Assembly: GCF_009914755.1 (NCBI RefSeq)
Contig: NC_060928.1
Reading direction: 5' to 3' (one strand)
From: the human T2T-CHM13v2.0 reference genome, Homo sapiens
DNA: 64,000 nt
A program made the position numbers and the translations under genes. Below are positions 46,079 to 57,372 of this stretch, in pieces; the stretch's first letter is position 1, and the number at the start of each line of letters is the position of its first letter. The notes below the pieces were generated by a model. That model was not told where the DNA came from, did not search any database, and was given only the letters and a program-made list of their open reading frames with translations.

Positions 46079-49000
46079 AAACTTTCAATTTATTTTCCAG
46101 AGGTCTATTTTTAATTTAGTAACAAGATTTTAAAAAATATTTATAAAATTAAATAACAGTAGAAAGTTAGAACTAGGCCCTATAAAATATAAAATTGTCA
46201 AAATTGGTTAGCATGATTGTAGCTTCAAGGATCATATTGTTAATGTGGCAACTTCTGAAACCAAACATCATCATGCTTGGCATCAAGAGCTAAAGTAGTC
46301 ATGAGTTAATGGAGAAGAACAACTAAGGAATTGGCTGGTGAAGTAAAGTTTATGCTAAATTTAATTGAAATGAAATAACAAAGCAGTTTGAAACGAACAT
46401 TCCATTGATTATTTTTAAAATTTTATTTATTAACAAAATAGCTTATACTAACTGCCCACTCTCTATCCCAATAGTCACAGCAATAACATATAGTTAACAT
46501 TTGTAATTAAATATTTCATTTCATACAAATAGTATTTTAAAATTCAAGTGTTGATTTTTAAGCCTTTGAATGTTTGGCTGTTTAAAATTTAAGTGCATAT
46601 AAAAAATTGTAGAAAAGGGTCATTATTAATAAAATATTCAAAATATGGTAAATTATGCATGATGATTTAATATATGCAAATTGACAAGTGATGTGAATAG
46701 TACATTTGAATAGAGAAAATATGTAAATAAATGAATGGTATTTCAGAATCTAAGCAAATTGATGACTCCATTATGTACTTGTCCCCAATGTAAATGAAAT
46801 ATTAATTAGAAAACTTTTTTTTCACTAAAGGGCTGAACATAAAGTGTGATGGCAAATTGGTGTGTTCTTGTATTTCTTGTCTTTAAGAATTCTTTTCAAT
46901 ATATTTTCACTTAATGTTTTAGCAACACTTTTCATCATCCTTTTACACTTATAGCTGGACTATGCTTAGTGATAGAAAATAGTTATATAATGGGATTATA
47001 CTTGGCCATATGAATTTGACGGTATGAGTTAATCTATGTTTCATCTTACTTGTGTCTACTTGTAAGTCATTGATGCTAATGTTATTAGTAATTTTTATTG
47101 GGTAGAAATATTTTCTATATGACATTTTTGAGAAAAAGAAGTCAATAAATCCCATTTGATATGCAACAGAAATAAAGATCTCTTATTTCAATTTTAAAAT
47201 GCTTTATAACTTACATTGCTTTGTTTTATGAAGTATTTGTTTTGATCAGATGCAAAATGAGCCAGTAATGGCATCTAACCACAAGTTTGATATATTTTTT
47301 TAAAGAAAAATTTCCAAAATACTATAACTGAGCAATAGGCTAATACTTCATAAATTAAAATATTTAAATATTCAATCTTTCTGAGTGGATATTTGTTGCA
47401 TATCTGATAACTTGGCCTAATTCTGTAATTGGGATGAGAACTACCCAATTTTATTGGTAACCTCTTTTCTGCTCTGCAACTTTGGAAATAATATGGAGGA
47501 CTTCAAATTCATTTGAGACAAAAATATTAAAAATGTAACCCCTGATTAGGATTTCAGTTCCAAAGCTCTCCTTGGAGGGATATAGAGCTGGAGACAATCA
47601 ATCACATTTATTTTTCATCTCCTTAATATTGATATATAAAAGTCAGGTTAAAATTAGTATCAAAATGGGAAGCCTGCATTGTAAACTGGCTGGAATAATA
47701 CACTCTGCAATATGAAGGAAAAAGGAAAAATTTAGTTGATTCATTTACTTAACTATAATTTTTTAAAGAATTTTAAGTTTCTAATAAATTTAACTATAAA
47801 TTTTTAATTTTCTATCTTTCATTTAGTACCATCTATATAAACTTTTCCAGGCTACTTCTCTGAATCACCTGGCAAAATCTTATAATTTACCACCTAACTG
47901 AATAAAACACACACACACAAAATAATCTATTTTTAATAATAAACATCATTTATAATTACGTTGTTGAGATTGAGAGTAATCATCAGGTGTGGAAAAACTG
48001 AGGAAATTTTAACAATTTAAAATGTAATAATCTTTTTTGTATTATGTGTGTTTTATACTCAGAAGTGCATATGTTTTATAAAATTATGTGAATTTATAAG
48101 TGTGGTCAATATTAATATTAAATTGTATCTTTTAATAGTATCTTCAATTGTCTTTTTTTTTGCTACTGGATTCCATTTAGAAAAAAAAATGTTCTATATA
48201 GCAGTGTTGCTTTCTTTTTCTTTTCTTTTTGCTTTTCTTTCTTTTTTCTATTGATAAAGTATTTACTTGATCTTGGGGAAGAGGTATATAATCAAATGAC
48301 CACATTTTTCTTTGTTACATATTATTCACAATTTATAATCAATCTTTCCAAATTGTAATCTGTCTGAAGCCCATTTGCTTTACTCAAATTATTTAGTGAC
48401 TGTGAAAGTTTCAGAAACATATGAAAGTTACAAATTAGCTTTAAATGTGTCATGTTTAAAGCAGTTGTTTTAAAAGCTAAGTTATTATCCATTATTATGT
48501 AACTAGTATTCTAAATATCACATCTTTGCATGGTTTGACTTTTAAAGCATATGAAATGTTTTGGATCAGAGAAATCATTTGCTTCACATCCCTAAGAGAC
48601 AGACACTATGGGTACTGAGTCATGCTAATAGTGGCAAAACCTGACAAACAATAAGCATCATTTTCAAATATTTTAAACATTTCACATAAAAATTTACTTT
48701 TAGCATACATTGCAGCCATCAAGGAAGCCTAAAGTAAGGAAAACCTCAGTGAAATATGATGAAGTTAATAAAAAGAAATAGCCATCATTTTATTTGTTTA
48801 AATTGCCATTACCTCTCATGTAATTATTTACAATATATAACATAGGATAATTAAGTCAAACTGTGTACCTACAGATATGGAAAGCCTTTTATTATAGGAA
48901 AAAGTAAAAAGTAAATTAACTGGTAAAGATGAGCTTTTCAATCTATAAGGCATAGACACTTCTCCTTAGTGGATTTGAAAAGGTTGTTATAAATCTGAAA

Positions 49001-50058
49001 ATAAGATAGGTTTTCTACAATAAATGGTAAAAAACACTTTCACATCTTAACCTTATCATAGTATCACAATGCTGGAATGTTTTTACTAGGAAATAAGTAA
49101 GCTAATTCAATTATAAATTGCAGTAGAGGAAAGGATGAAGGTTAAAAAACACTATCTATTCAAATCCTTAGTCATGAGGTTGAATTCATTGAATCAGAGT
49201 GTGAATATATATCTATATTTGAGACAGAATGTGTATGTATGTGTGTGAGTGTGAGTGTGTGTGTGCAGTCATTAGATATTTGCCTCATGGACAGTGGAGG
49301 AAAACATTTGCTGAGCTGCTTTCCTACCTTAAAGATTTAGAACTGCACTGTTTTCAAGATATACTTTTTATATCTCAAATAATTTAATATATTATGTTTA
49401 CTTGTTGATATAACAAGATATCTGAATACCCCATAATTGAAATTATACCTGGAAATAAATACTTGAAATACTTGCTTCAGTGACATTTGTGGAAGTATAC
49501 ATATTTAAGTTCAAATTATAGGTAGATTGAACAAAATGATATTGGATTCTTCACTGGCTGCATACTTCTGAAACTTGTAAATAATTTGAAATTAGTTTCC
49601 AAGAACAGAAAGACAAATATTAGATAGGAAATACCAAATTCTTAAGATTCATACATATAAAAGTGAAATAAAAATCAAACTTAATCTTATGAATTTTCAA
49701 CTGTGGCTTAATTTTAGAACTTGTTATAAAAATAGAAACGCTATTTAATTATATTTATTAAAATCTAAAAATACGTGATTATAGCTAGGACATTGACAAG
49801 TGTAAGTATACATGAGTAAATATAACTGAGGATAGCAACACATGAAATATATCATAAAATTGAATTATTCTATAAATAGTATTGTCTGTATTACTTGGAA
49901 CTTGATTCCACTTAGAATGTCCCTGCTTTTATTTATTTATTTATTTATTTATTTTTGTAAACAAAATGAGCAAGAGGTTATTACACTTCATTCACTGCAA
50001 AAAGGTAACACTACACCAAAGATAACTCACATACTTGCAGAAATATGGAAAGTATTTC

Positions 50059-50359
50059 TTTCTTTTTTTTTGTTAAGAAATAGGGTCTCACTATGTTGCC
50101 CAGGTTGTAGTGCAGTGACTATTCAAAGGACTCATCCCACTACTGATAAGCAGAGGAGTTTTTTTATGCTCAGTTTTTGAGTTGACCACTCCTTAGGCAA
50201 CCTGGTAGTCCTCTGCTCCCTGGAAGCTAACATATTGATGCCAAACTTAGTGCAGACACTTCATCAGCATAGTGCATACAACCCAGAACTCCTGGGCTCA
50301 AGTGTTCCTCCTGCCTCAGCATCCTGAGTAGCTGGGACAACAGGTGTGTGTCACCTGGC
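50059..50359 (-). pseudogene. RN7SL: Processed 7SL (SRP) RNA pseudogene
   Basis: Alu-domain ends flank a 7SL S-domain absent from Alus (ATCCCACTACTGAT..CTCCTTAGGCAACCTGGT..CATATTGATGCCAAACTTAGTGCAGACAC); A-rich tail; approximate TSD TGGAAAGTATTTC / TGAAAGGTATTTT. The symbol is the family; I do not assign a pseudogene number. Confidence 0.93.
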
Positions 50360-50586
50360 TGAAAGGTATTTTTAAATACAAATGTTGTCCAGGAGTGACA
50401 GAAGCTGGAGAATTGGACTACTTGATGGAGGCTTTGTACAAGCTTTGAACAATAGTAACAACAAAATTGAAACACCAAAAATATTGTTTAATTAGCAGTT
50501 AACCACCAATAAAAGGAAACCAGCCATTTCGCACAGAGGATTTTGGTAATTGATTACATGATTCAAGGAAATAATATTATTAGGTG

Positions 50587-52755
50587 TGTATTAGTCCATT
50601 ATTGCATTGCTATAAAGAAATACCTGAGATTGGGTAATTTATAAAGAAAAGAGGTTTAATTGACTCACAGTTCTGCATGCTGTACAGAAAGAATGTTGCA
50701 TCTGCTGGGCATCTCGGGAGGCCTCATGAAATGTATAACCATGGTGGGAAAATGAAGAGGGAGCCGATGCTTCATATAGCTGGGAGCAAGAAGAAAAGTG
50801 AGAGGTGGGGAGGTGCTACACCATTTTAACAACCAGATTTCATAATAACTCACTCACTCACTATCATAAGAATAGCACCAAGGAAATGGTATTAAACCAT
50901 TAAAGAGAAACCACTCCACAATCCAATAACCTCCCATCAGGCCCCACCTCCAACACTGGGGATTACAATTTGACATGAGATTTGGTTGGGGACATAGATC
51001 CAAACCATATTATTTTGCCCTAGTCCCTCCCAAATTTTATGTCTTTCTCAGTTTGCGAAATACAGTCATGCCTTCCCATCAGTCCCCCAAAGTCTTAACT
51101 CACTTCAGCATTAACTCAAACATCCAAAGTCTAAAGTCTTATCTGAGATCAGGCAAGCCCCTTCTGCCTAAGACCCTGTAAGATTTAAAAAAAAAAAAAC
51201 AAAAACCTCCCAAGATATAATGTATAATGGGGGTACAGGGATTGGGTAAATACTCCCATTTCAAAAGGGAGAAATTGGCCAAAAGTAAGGGGCTACGGGC
51301 CCGATGCAAGTCTGAAAGCCAGTAGGGAAGTTATTAAGTCTTAAAGCTTAACAATCTCCTTTGACACCATCCAGGGCATACCACTGCAAGGGGCGAGCTC
51401 CCAAAGTCTTCTGCTGCTCCACTCCTGTGACTTTGCAGGGTTCAGCTCCTACAGCTGCTCTCAAGGGCTGGTGTTGAGTGCTTACACCATTTCCAGGCAC
51501 ACAGTACAAGTGCTGGTGGATCTACCATTCTGGGGTCTGGAAGATAGTGTCCCTCTTCTCATAGCTCCACTAGATAGTGGTCCAGTAGGGACACTGTGTG
51601 GTGGCTTCAATCCCACCTTTCCCCTCTTCAGTGCCCTCGTAGAGATTCTCCATCAGGGCTCTGACCCTGCAGCAGATTTCTGACTGTACATCTAGGTTTA
51701 TTCATACATTCTCTGAAATCTAGCCTCAACTCTTGTACTCTGGGCACCCTCAGGCTTAATGCCACATGGAAGCCATCAAGACTTATGGCTTGAACCCTCT
51801 GGAGCAGCAGCCTGAGCTGTACCTGGGCCACTTGGAGCCATGGCTAGAGCTGGAACAGATGAGATGCATATAGTAGTGTCTCAAGGCTGCACAGGGCAGT
51901 GGGGCCCTAGGCCTGGGCCACGAAACCATTCTTCCTTCGTTGTCCTCTGAGCCTGTGATGGGAGGAGCTTCCACAAAGGTCTCTGAAATGCCCTGGAAGG
52001 TATTCATCATTTTCCTGGCTATCAGCATTTGCCTTCCTTTTAGTTAACCAAGTTTCTGCAGCTTGCTTGAATTTCTCTCCTGAAAATGGACTTTTTGTTC
52101 TACCACATGGCCAGGCTGCAAATTTTTCAAGTTTCTACACTCTGCTTACCTTCTAAATATAAGTTTCAGTTTGAGGTCATTTCTTTGCTCACACACACCA
52201 AAATAGTTTGTTAGAAGTAGCGAGATTACTTCCTGAATGCTTTGCTGCTTAGAAATTTTTTCCACCAGATACCCACCAGAACTTGAGATACTCTCAAGCT
52301 CAAAATTCGACAGATCCCTAGGGCAGGTGCACAGTGCAGCCAACCTTTTTGCTAATGCCTAACTAAAGTGACCTTTGCTCCAGTTCCCATTAAGTTCCTT
52401 ATCTCCAACTGAGACCTCCTCAGCCTGGACTTCATTGTGTGTCTCTATCAGTAGCTTGGTCACAACAATGTAACAAGACTCTAGTAAGTTCAAAACGTGC
52501 CCTCATCTTCCTGTCTTCTTCTGATCTCTCCGAACCCTGCCAACCTCTCTCCACTATCCAGTTTCAAAGACACTTTCACATTTTCCGGTATGTTTACAAC
52601 AATATCATATTCCTCTACCAATTCTCGATATTAGTCCTTTCTTACATTGCTCTAAAGAAATAACTGAGACTGGGTAATTTACAAAGGAAAACAGTTTAAT
52701 TGGCTCATGGATCTGCACGTTATACAGAAAGCATGATGCATCTGCTCGGCTTCTG
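50587..52755 (-). mobile_element. MSTA-like MaLR provirus: 3' LTR 50587-51012, internal 51013-52626, 5' LTR 52627-52755 truncated by the macrosatellite
   Basis: TGTATTAGTCC..GCATTGCTATAAAGAAATACCTGAG..GCTGTACAGAAAG LTR; the second LTR copy stops after ~130 bp at GCTCGGCTTCTG. Confidence 0.9.
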
Positions 52756-54643
52756 TGTATGTCTTCTGTGTATTACCTACTGTATGTGCGCGTTATGGGT
52801 GAGTATGTGTGTGTGTATATGTGTATGTGTGTGTCTGTCTGTGTGCCTGCGCGAGTGCCTGTCTGTGTGACCACTTCTGACTCCCTCTTACGACTCTATT
52901 TATCTCTCTCTCCTTTCGCGCTCTTTCCATTGCCCGCTCTTTCTATCTCTGCCCATCAGTATGTGCCCATCTGTGTCTGTGCCTTGGGACACATGTGCCC
53001 TGTGCGCCGGAGGGTGGGTTTCTTGCAGGTCGGCCTTTCTTCTGGTCAGCCTCTCCCCGCGTCTCTGCCTGGGTCATGTGGCCGGTTGGCAGTCGGTTTC
53101 CCGGCGGTTCCGGTTTGGGGGTCTGGGAGGGCCTAGGCAACGCGGGCATCTGCGTCGGAACCGCAGGGGTTTTCGTCCCCTCCCCATCCGGAGCAGCCTC
53201 TTTGCTAGGCTAGATCCAGACGACCGCTCCCCAAGCAAGGACAACGGCCTCCCAGGCGCTCATTGTCCACCCGCAGGAGGGTGCCCGCAGACCTTCAAGA
53301 AGATGGTTCTCACGCCTCTCGCCCTCTCCCTCATGGAGAAATGGAGCCACAGCTCGACGCAGGGACGGAGAAGGAAGCCGGCAAGGGGATGGGGCAAGCA
53401 TCTCTGTCACTCAAAGGCTGGCCTTCCTGGCCGAGTCACCCGTCTGACACTCCTCCCCGGATGTCCGGGGTGGTGGCATGGCCCCGTATCCTGCCTGGGC
53501 TCTGGCCTCTGCTCTGTCCTCCCTCTTGCTGTGTCTGCCCCGTCTCTGAGAAGCCTGGCGGCTTCTTAGTCTGGCTCAACGTCTTCAACAAAGAAGACTT
53601 CGCAGTCCATCAGGGAGAAACCCCGTGGGCGTCCGTGTCATGATCGTTTCCCTCTCCACACCTTTCTGGATGATTGGGCAGGTGTGGTGAACCTGGAGCT
53701 CTGGGCTTCCATACCTGTGTGGGACAGGGAAGCTCTCTTGGTCTCCATGGCCCAAGTGATGGCTGCGCGCTCGGTCCAGGAAGAGGGGGAGGCAAGCCCA
53801 CCGTTCCCCACATTGGCCTTCCAGGAAAGGCGGTGTTGCATCCCACCTACACTTCCTGTCTGATCCTTGAGGGCCAACCGGTTCCTCCGCTCCTGGGGAA
53901 AGCGCCTTCTGGCACTGAATCTTTTGGCTGCCACGGATGTCAGGGAGCCAACGGGACTGGGTTTTGGCTGGGTGCAGCGGAGGTTGCGTCAGGGGTACCT
54001 AAGCGGTAGCGGCGTGGGGGTGGGGTGTACTTGGTCCAAAGCTCTGGGCTCCTCTGGCGGGCCTCCCTGAATGTGGCCTGGACTCGCGCACAGGCCCTGT
54101 CTCGCAGGTTTGCAGGTGCGCTTGGCTTTTCCTCCGCTTTGTGGGGCAGGTCTCCAGTGGCCCCCGGGCGCACGCCTGGACATCACTGTCCGTCTCGTCG
54201 TCGCCCCCTACGGCCTCAAAGACACACGCTCACTGCATGTGCTCTTGGGGGACGTCAGTGCCACGTTTGGTCACACGGGCTCCAGCTCGGACTCGCCTCT
54301 GTCTGCCTTTGCAGGTGTCGCCGGAAGCTGCGTCGGGATGCCCGAGCCCCCGGGCGTCGGAGATGAAGGCAGGCCCCTGCTCCACCCAGGAAGGAGGGAG
54401 GCAGTGGACTCATGGGTCAGTGCCGTTGCAGACGACAGCACGCCTTGCGGCCTTGGGGATCTTTCCGTGCCCCGGCGAGACCCTTTCCGCCTCACTGCAT
54501 TGTAACCCCATTCCCGATCAGCGGGTGGGAGCCATCATCGAATCCCAAGAGGCGTCCGCGCAGCCAAGCCAGCACCCCGAAGGTCCTCCTTCACCGGGAA
54601 CAGAAGCAGGAGACCGATCAAGGAGGTCCTGACGACAGGACCC

Positions 54644-54793
54644 CTATGGGTCCGACCCTGGGTCTCCCGCAGGCCCCTCTGGTAGTCCTCTTCCCACCCG
54701 CCGCCTCGGGCTGCGCCGCAGCCGCCGCCGCCGCCGCCGCCGCAACCTCCAGGACCGCCGCCCCAGTCCCCGCAGCCGCCGCGTCGCCGCCAT
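54644..54793 (-). other. Candidate Arg-rich micro-ORF, 49 aa (copies at 57151-57291, 59639-59776, 62135-62275); translation unproven
   Basis: Manual translation: MAATRRLRGLGRRSWRLRRRRRRRLRRSPRRRVGRGLPEGPAGDPGSDP*; ATG in AAAATGG context; open in all four complete units. Confidence 0.25.
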
Positions 54794-54874
54794 TTTTTAA
54801 AGGGTCCGCAGCCTGACTCTGCTGAGTAAGGAGGGGTGGGGCGGGTGAGTCGGCCTCGCCAGTGCGCATGGGCG
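54786..54874 (-). promoter_or_regulatory. CpG-island promoter-like module, unit 1 (degenerate NRF1 site, GC-box, YY1/TISU-like motif)
   Basis: GCCGCCATTTT 54786-54796, GGGGTGGGGCGGG 54833-54845, TGCGCATGGGCG 54863-54874. Motif match only. Confidence 0.5.
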
Positions 54875-55315
54875 AGGCCCCAGCCGCCGCTTTGGTCACA
54901 GTGACCGCCACCGTTGCCGGGGGATGGGTCCCTGAGACTTGGCGAAGTAGGAGCCCTGTGTGATTGTGCGTCAGAGTCGGGGCTGAGACCAGTCCTGGCC
55001 AGGGCAGTTACCAGGACGGTCTCCGGAGGCCGGGATTCGCGGAGTGTCCACCAGCAGGAAGAAACGCCAGGAGGAAGAAACCTCAGACAGATCGCCGGGG
55101 ACGCAGCGCGGGATCCCAGCCTCAGGCGTGCACGGACGGTGTGCGGGTGAGTCTCCCCAAAAGTGGCGCCCTTGTGATGTGGAGGACAGGTCTGCCAGGG
55201 TGTCCGTGGGCTGCTGTCTCACCGGTGGCCTCTTAGTCGCGGAGAGCAGAACCCGGCAGCTTCAGGGGCAGCCTGGGGGTGGGTGTTACCTGCTGTATGT
55301 CTGTTTGCTTCTTGG

Positions 55316-55316
<1 letters not shown>

Positions 55317-55348
<32 letters not shown>
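55317..55348. repeat. (TG)16 microsatellite within the SST1 unit; counterparts (TG)13 at 57815, (TG)13 at 60300, (TG)17 at 62809
   Basis: Read directly from the sequence. Confidence 0.95.
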
Positions 55349-55352
<4 letters not shown>

Positions 55353-57283
55353 TGTCTGTGTGCGTGCGTGTGCGCGTCTGTGTGCCCACTTCTGTCTATC
55401 TCTTACTTCTCTCTCTCTCTCTCTCCCCCCTCTCGCTCTTTCCGTCGCCCTCTCTTTCTATCTCTGTCTGTCTGTGTGTGCGTGTGCCTTGGGACACATG
55501 TGCCCCGTGCGCCGGAGGGTGGGTTTCTTGAAGGTCGGTCTTTCTTCTGGTCAGCCTCTCCCCGCGTCTCTGCCTCGGTCGTGTGGCCGGTTAGCAGTCG
55601 GTTTCCCGGCGGTTCCGGTTTGGGGGTCTGTGAGGGCCAGGGCAACGCCGGCATCTGCTTCGGAACCTCAGGGGTTTTCGTCCCCTCCCCATCCGGAGCA
55701 GCCTCTTTGCTAGGCTAGATCCAGACGACCGCTCCCCAAGCAAGGACAACGGCCTCCCAGGCGCTCATTGTCCACCCGCAGGAGGGTGCCCGCAGACATT
55801 CAAGAAGATGGTTCTCACGCCTCTCGCCCTCTCCCTCATGGAGAAATGGAGCCACAGCTCGACGCAGGGACGGAGAAGGAAGCCGGCAAGGGGATGGGGC
55901 AAGCATCTCTGTCACTCAAAGGCTGGCCTTCCTGGCCGAGTCACCCGTCTGACACTCCTCCCCGGATGCCCGTGGTGGTGGCATGGCCCCGTATCCTGCC
56001 TGGGCTCTGGCCTCTGCTCTGTCCTCCCTCTTGCTGTGTCTGCCCCGTCTCTGAGAAGCCTGGCGGCTTCTTAGTCTGGCTCAACGTCTTCAACAAAGAA
56101 GACTTCCCAGTCCATCAGGGAGAAACCCCGTGGGCGTCCGTGTCATGATCGTTTCCCTCTCCACACCTCTTTCTGGATGATTGGGCAGGTGTGGTGATCC
56201 TGGAGCTCTGGGCTTCCATACCTGTGTGGGACAGGGAAGCTCTCTTGGTCTCCATGGCCCAAGTGATGGCTGCGCGCTCGGTCCAGGAAGAGGGGGAGGC
56301 AAGCCCACCGTTCCCCACATTGGCCTTCCAGGAAAGGCGGTGTTGCATCCCACCTGCACTTCCTGTCTGATCCTTGAGGGCCAACCGGTTCCTCCGCTCC
56401 TGGGGAAAGCGCCTTCTGGCACTGAATCTTTTGGCTGCCACGGATGTCAGGGAGCCAACGGGACTGGGTTTTGGCTGGGTGCACGGGAGGTTGCGTCAGG
56501 GGTACCTAAGCGGTAGCGGCGTGGGGGTGAGGTGTACTTGGTCCAAAGCTCTGGGCTCCTCTGGCGGGCCTCCCTGAATGTGGCCTGGACTCGCGCACAG
56601 GCCCTGTCTCGCAGGTTTGCAGGTGCGCTTGGCTTTTCCTCGGCTTTGTGGGGCAGGTCTCCAGTGGCCCCCGGGCGCACGCCTGGACATCACTGTCCGT
56701 CTCGTCGTCGCCCCCTACGGCCTCAAAGACACACGCTCACTGCATGTGCTCTTGGGGGACGTCAGTGCCACGTTTGGTCACACGGGCTCCAGCTCGGACT
56801 CGCCTCTGTCTGCCTTTGCAGGTGTCGCCGGAAGCTGCGTCGGGATGCCGGAGCCCCCGGGCCTTGGAGATGAAGGCAGGCTCCTGCTCCACCCAGGAAG
56901 GAGGGAGGCAGTGGGCTCATGGGTCAGTGCCGTTGCAGACGACAGCACGCCTTGCGGCCTTGGGGATCTTTCCGTGCCCCGGCGAGACCCTTTCCGCCTC
57001 ACTGCATTGTAACCCCATTCCCGATCAGCAGGTGGGAGCCATCATCGGATCCCAAGAGGAGTCCGCGCAGCCCAGCCAGCACCCCGAAGGTCCTCCTTCA
57101 CCGGGAACAGAAGCAGGAGACCGATCAAGGAGGTCCTGACGACAGGACTCCTATGGGTCCGACCCTGGGTCTCCCGCAGGCCCCTCTGGTAGTCCTCTTC
57201 CCACCCGCCGCCTCGGGCTGCGCCGCAGCCTTCGCCGCCGCAACCTCCAGCACCGCCGCCCCATTCCCCGCAGCCGCCGCGTC

Positions 57284-57372
57284 GCCGCCATTTTTTAAAG
57301 GGTCCGCAGCCTGACGCTGCCGAGTAACGGGGGGTGGGGCGGGTGAGTCGGCCTCGCCAGTGCGCATGCGCG
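57284..57372 (-). promoter_or_regulatory. CpG-island promoter-like module, unit 2
   Basis: GCCGCCATTTT 57284, GC-box, NRF1-type TGCGCATGCGC 57361. Motif match only. Confidence 0.55.

Noticed and set aside
54672-54686. Possible CTCF motif (CTACCAGAGGGGCC on minus) and PRDM9-like 13-mers such as CCACCGTTGCCCG in the units
   Set aside because: Each has mismatches at core positions by eye; a PWM scan or ChIP data is needed before any claim.
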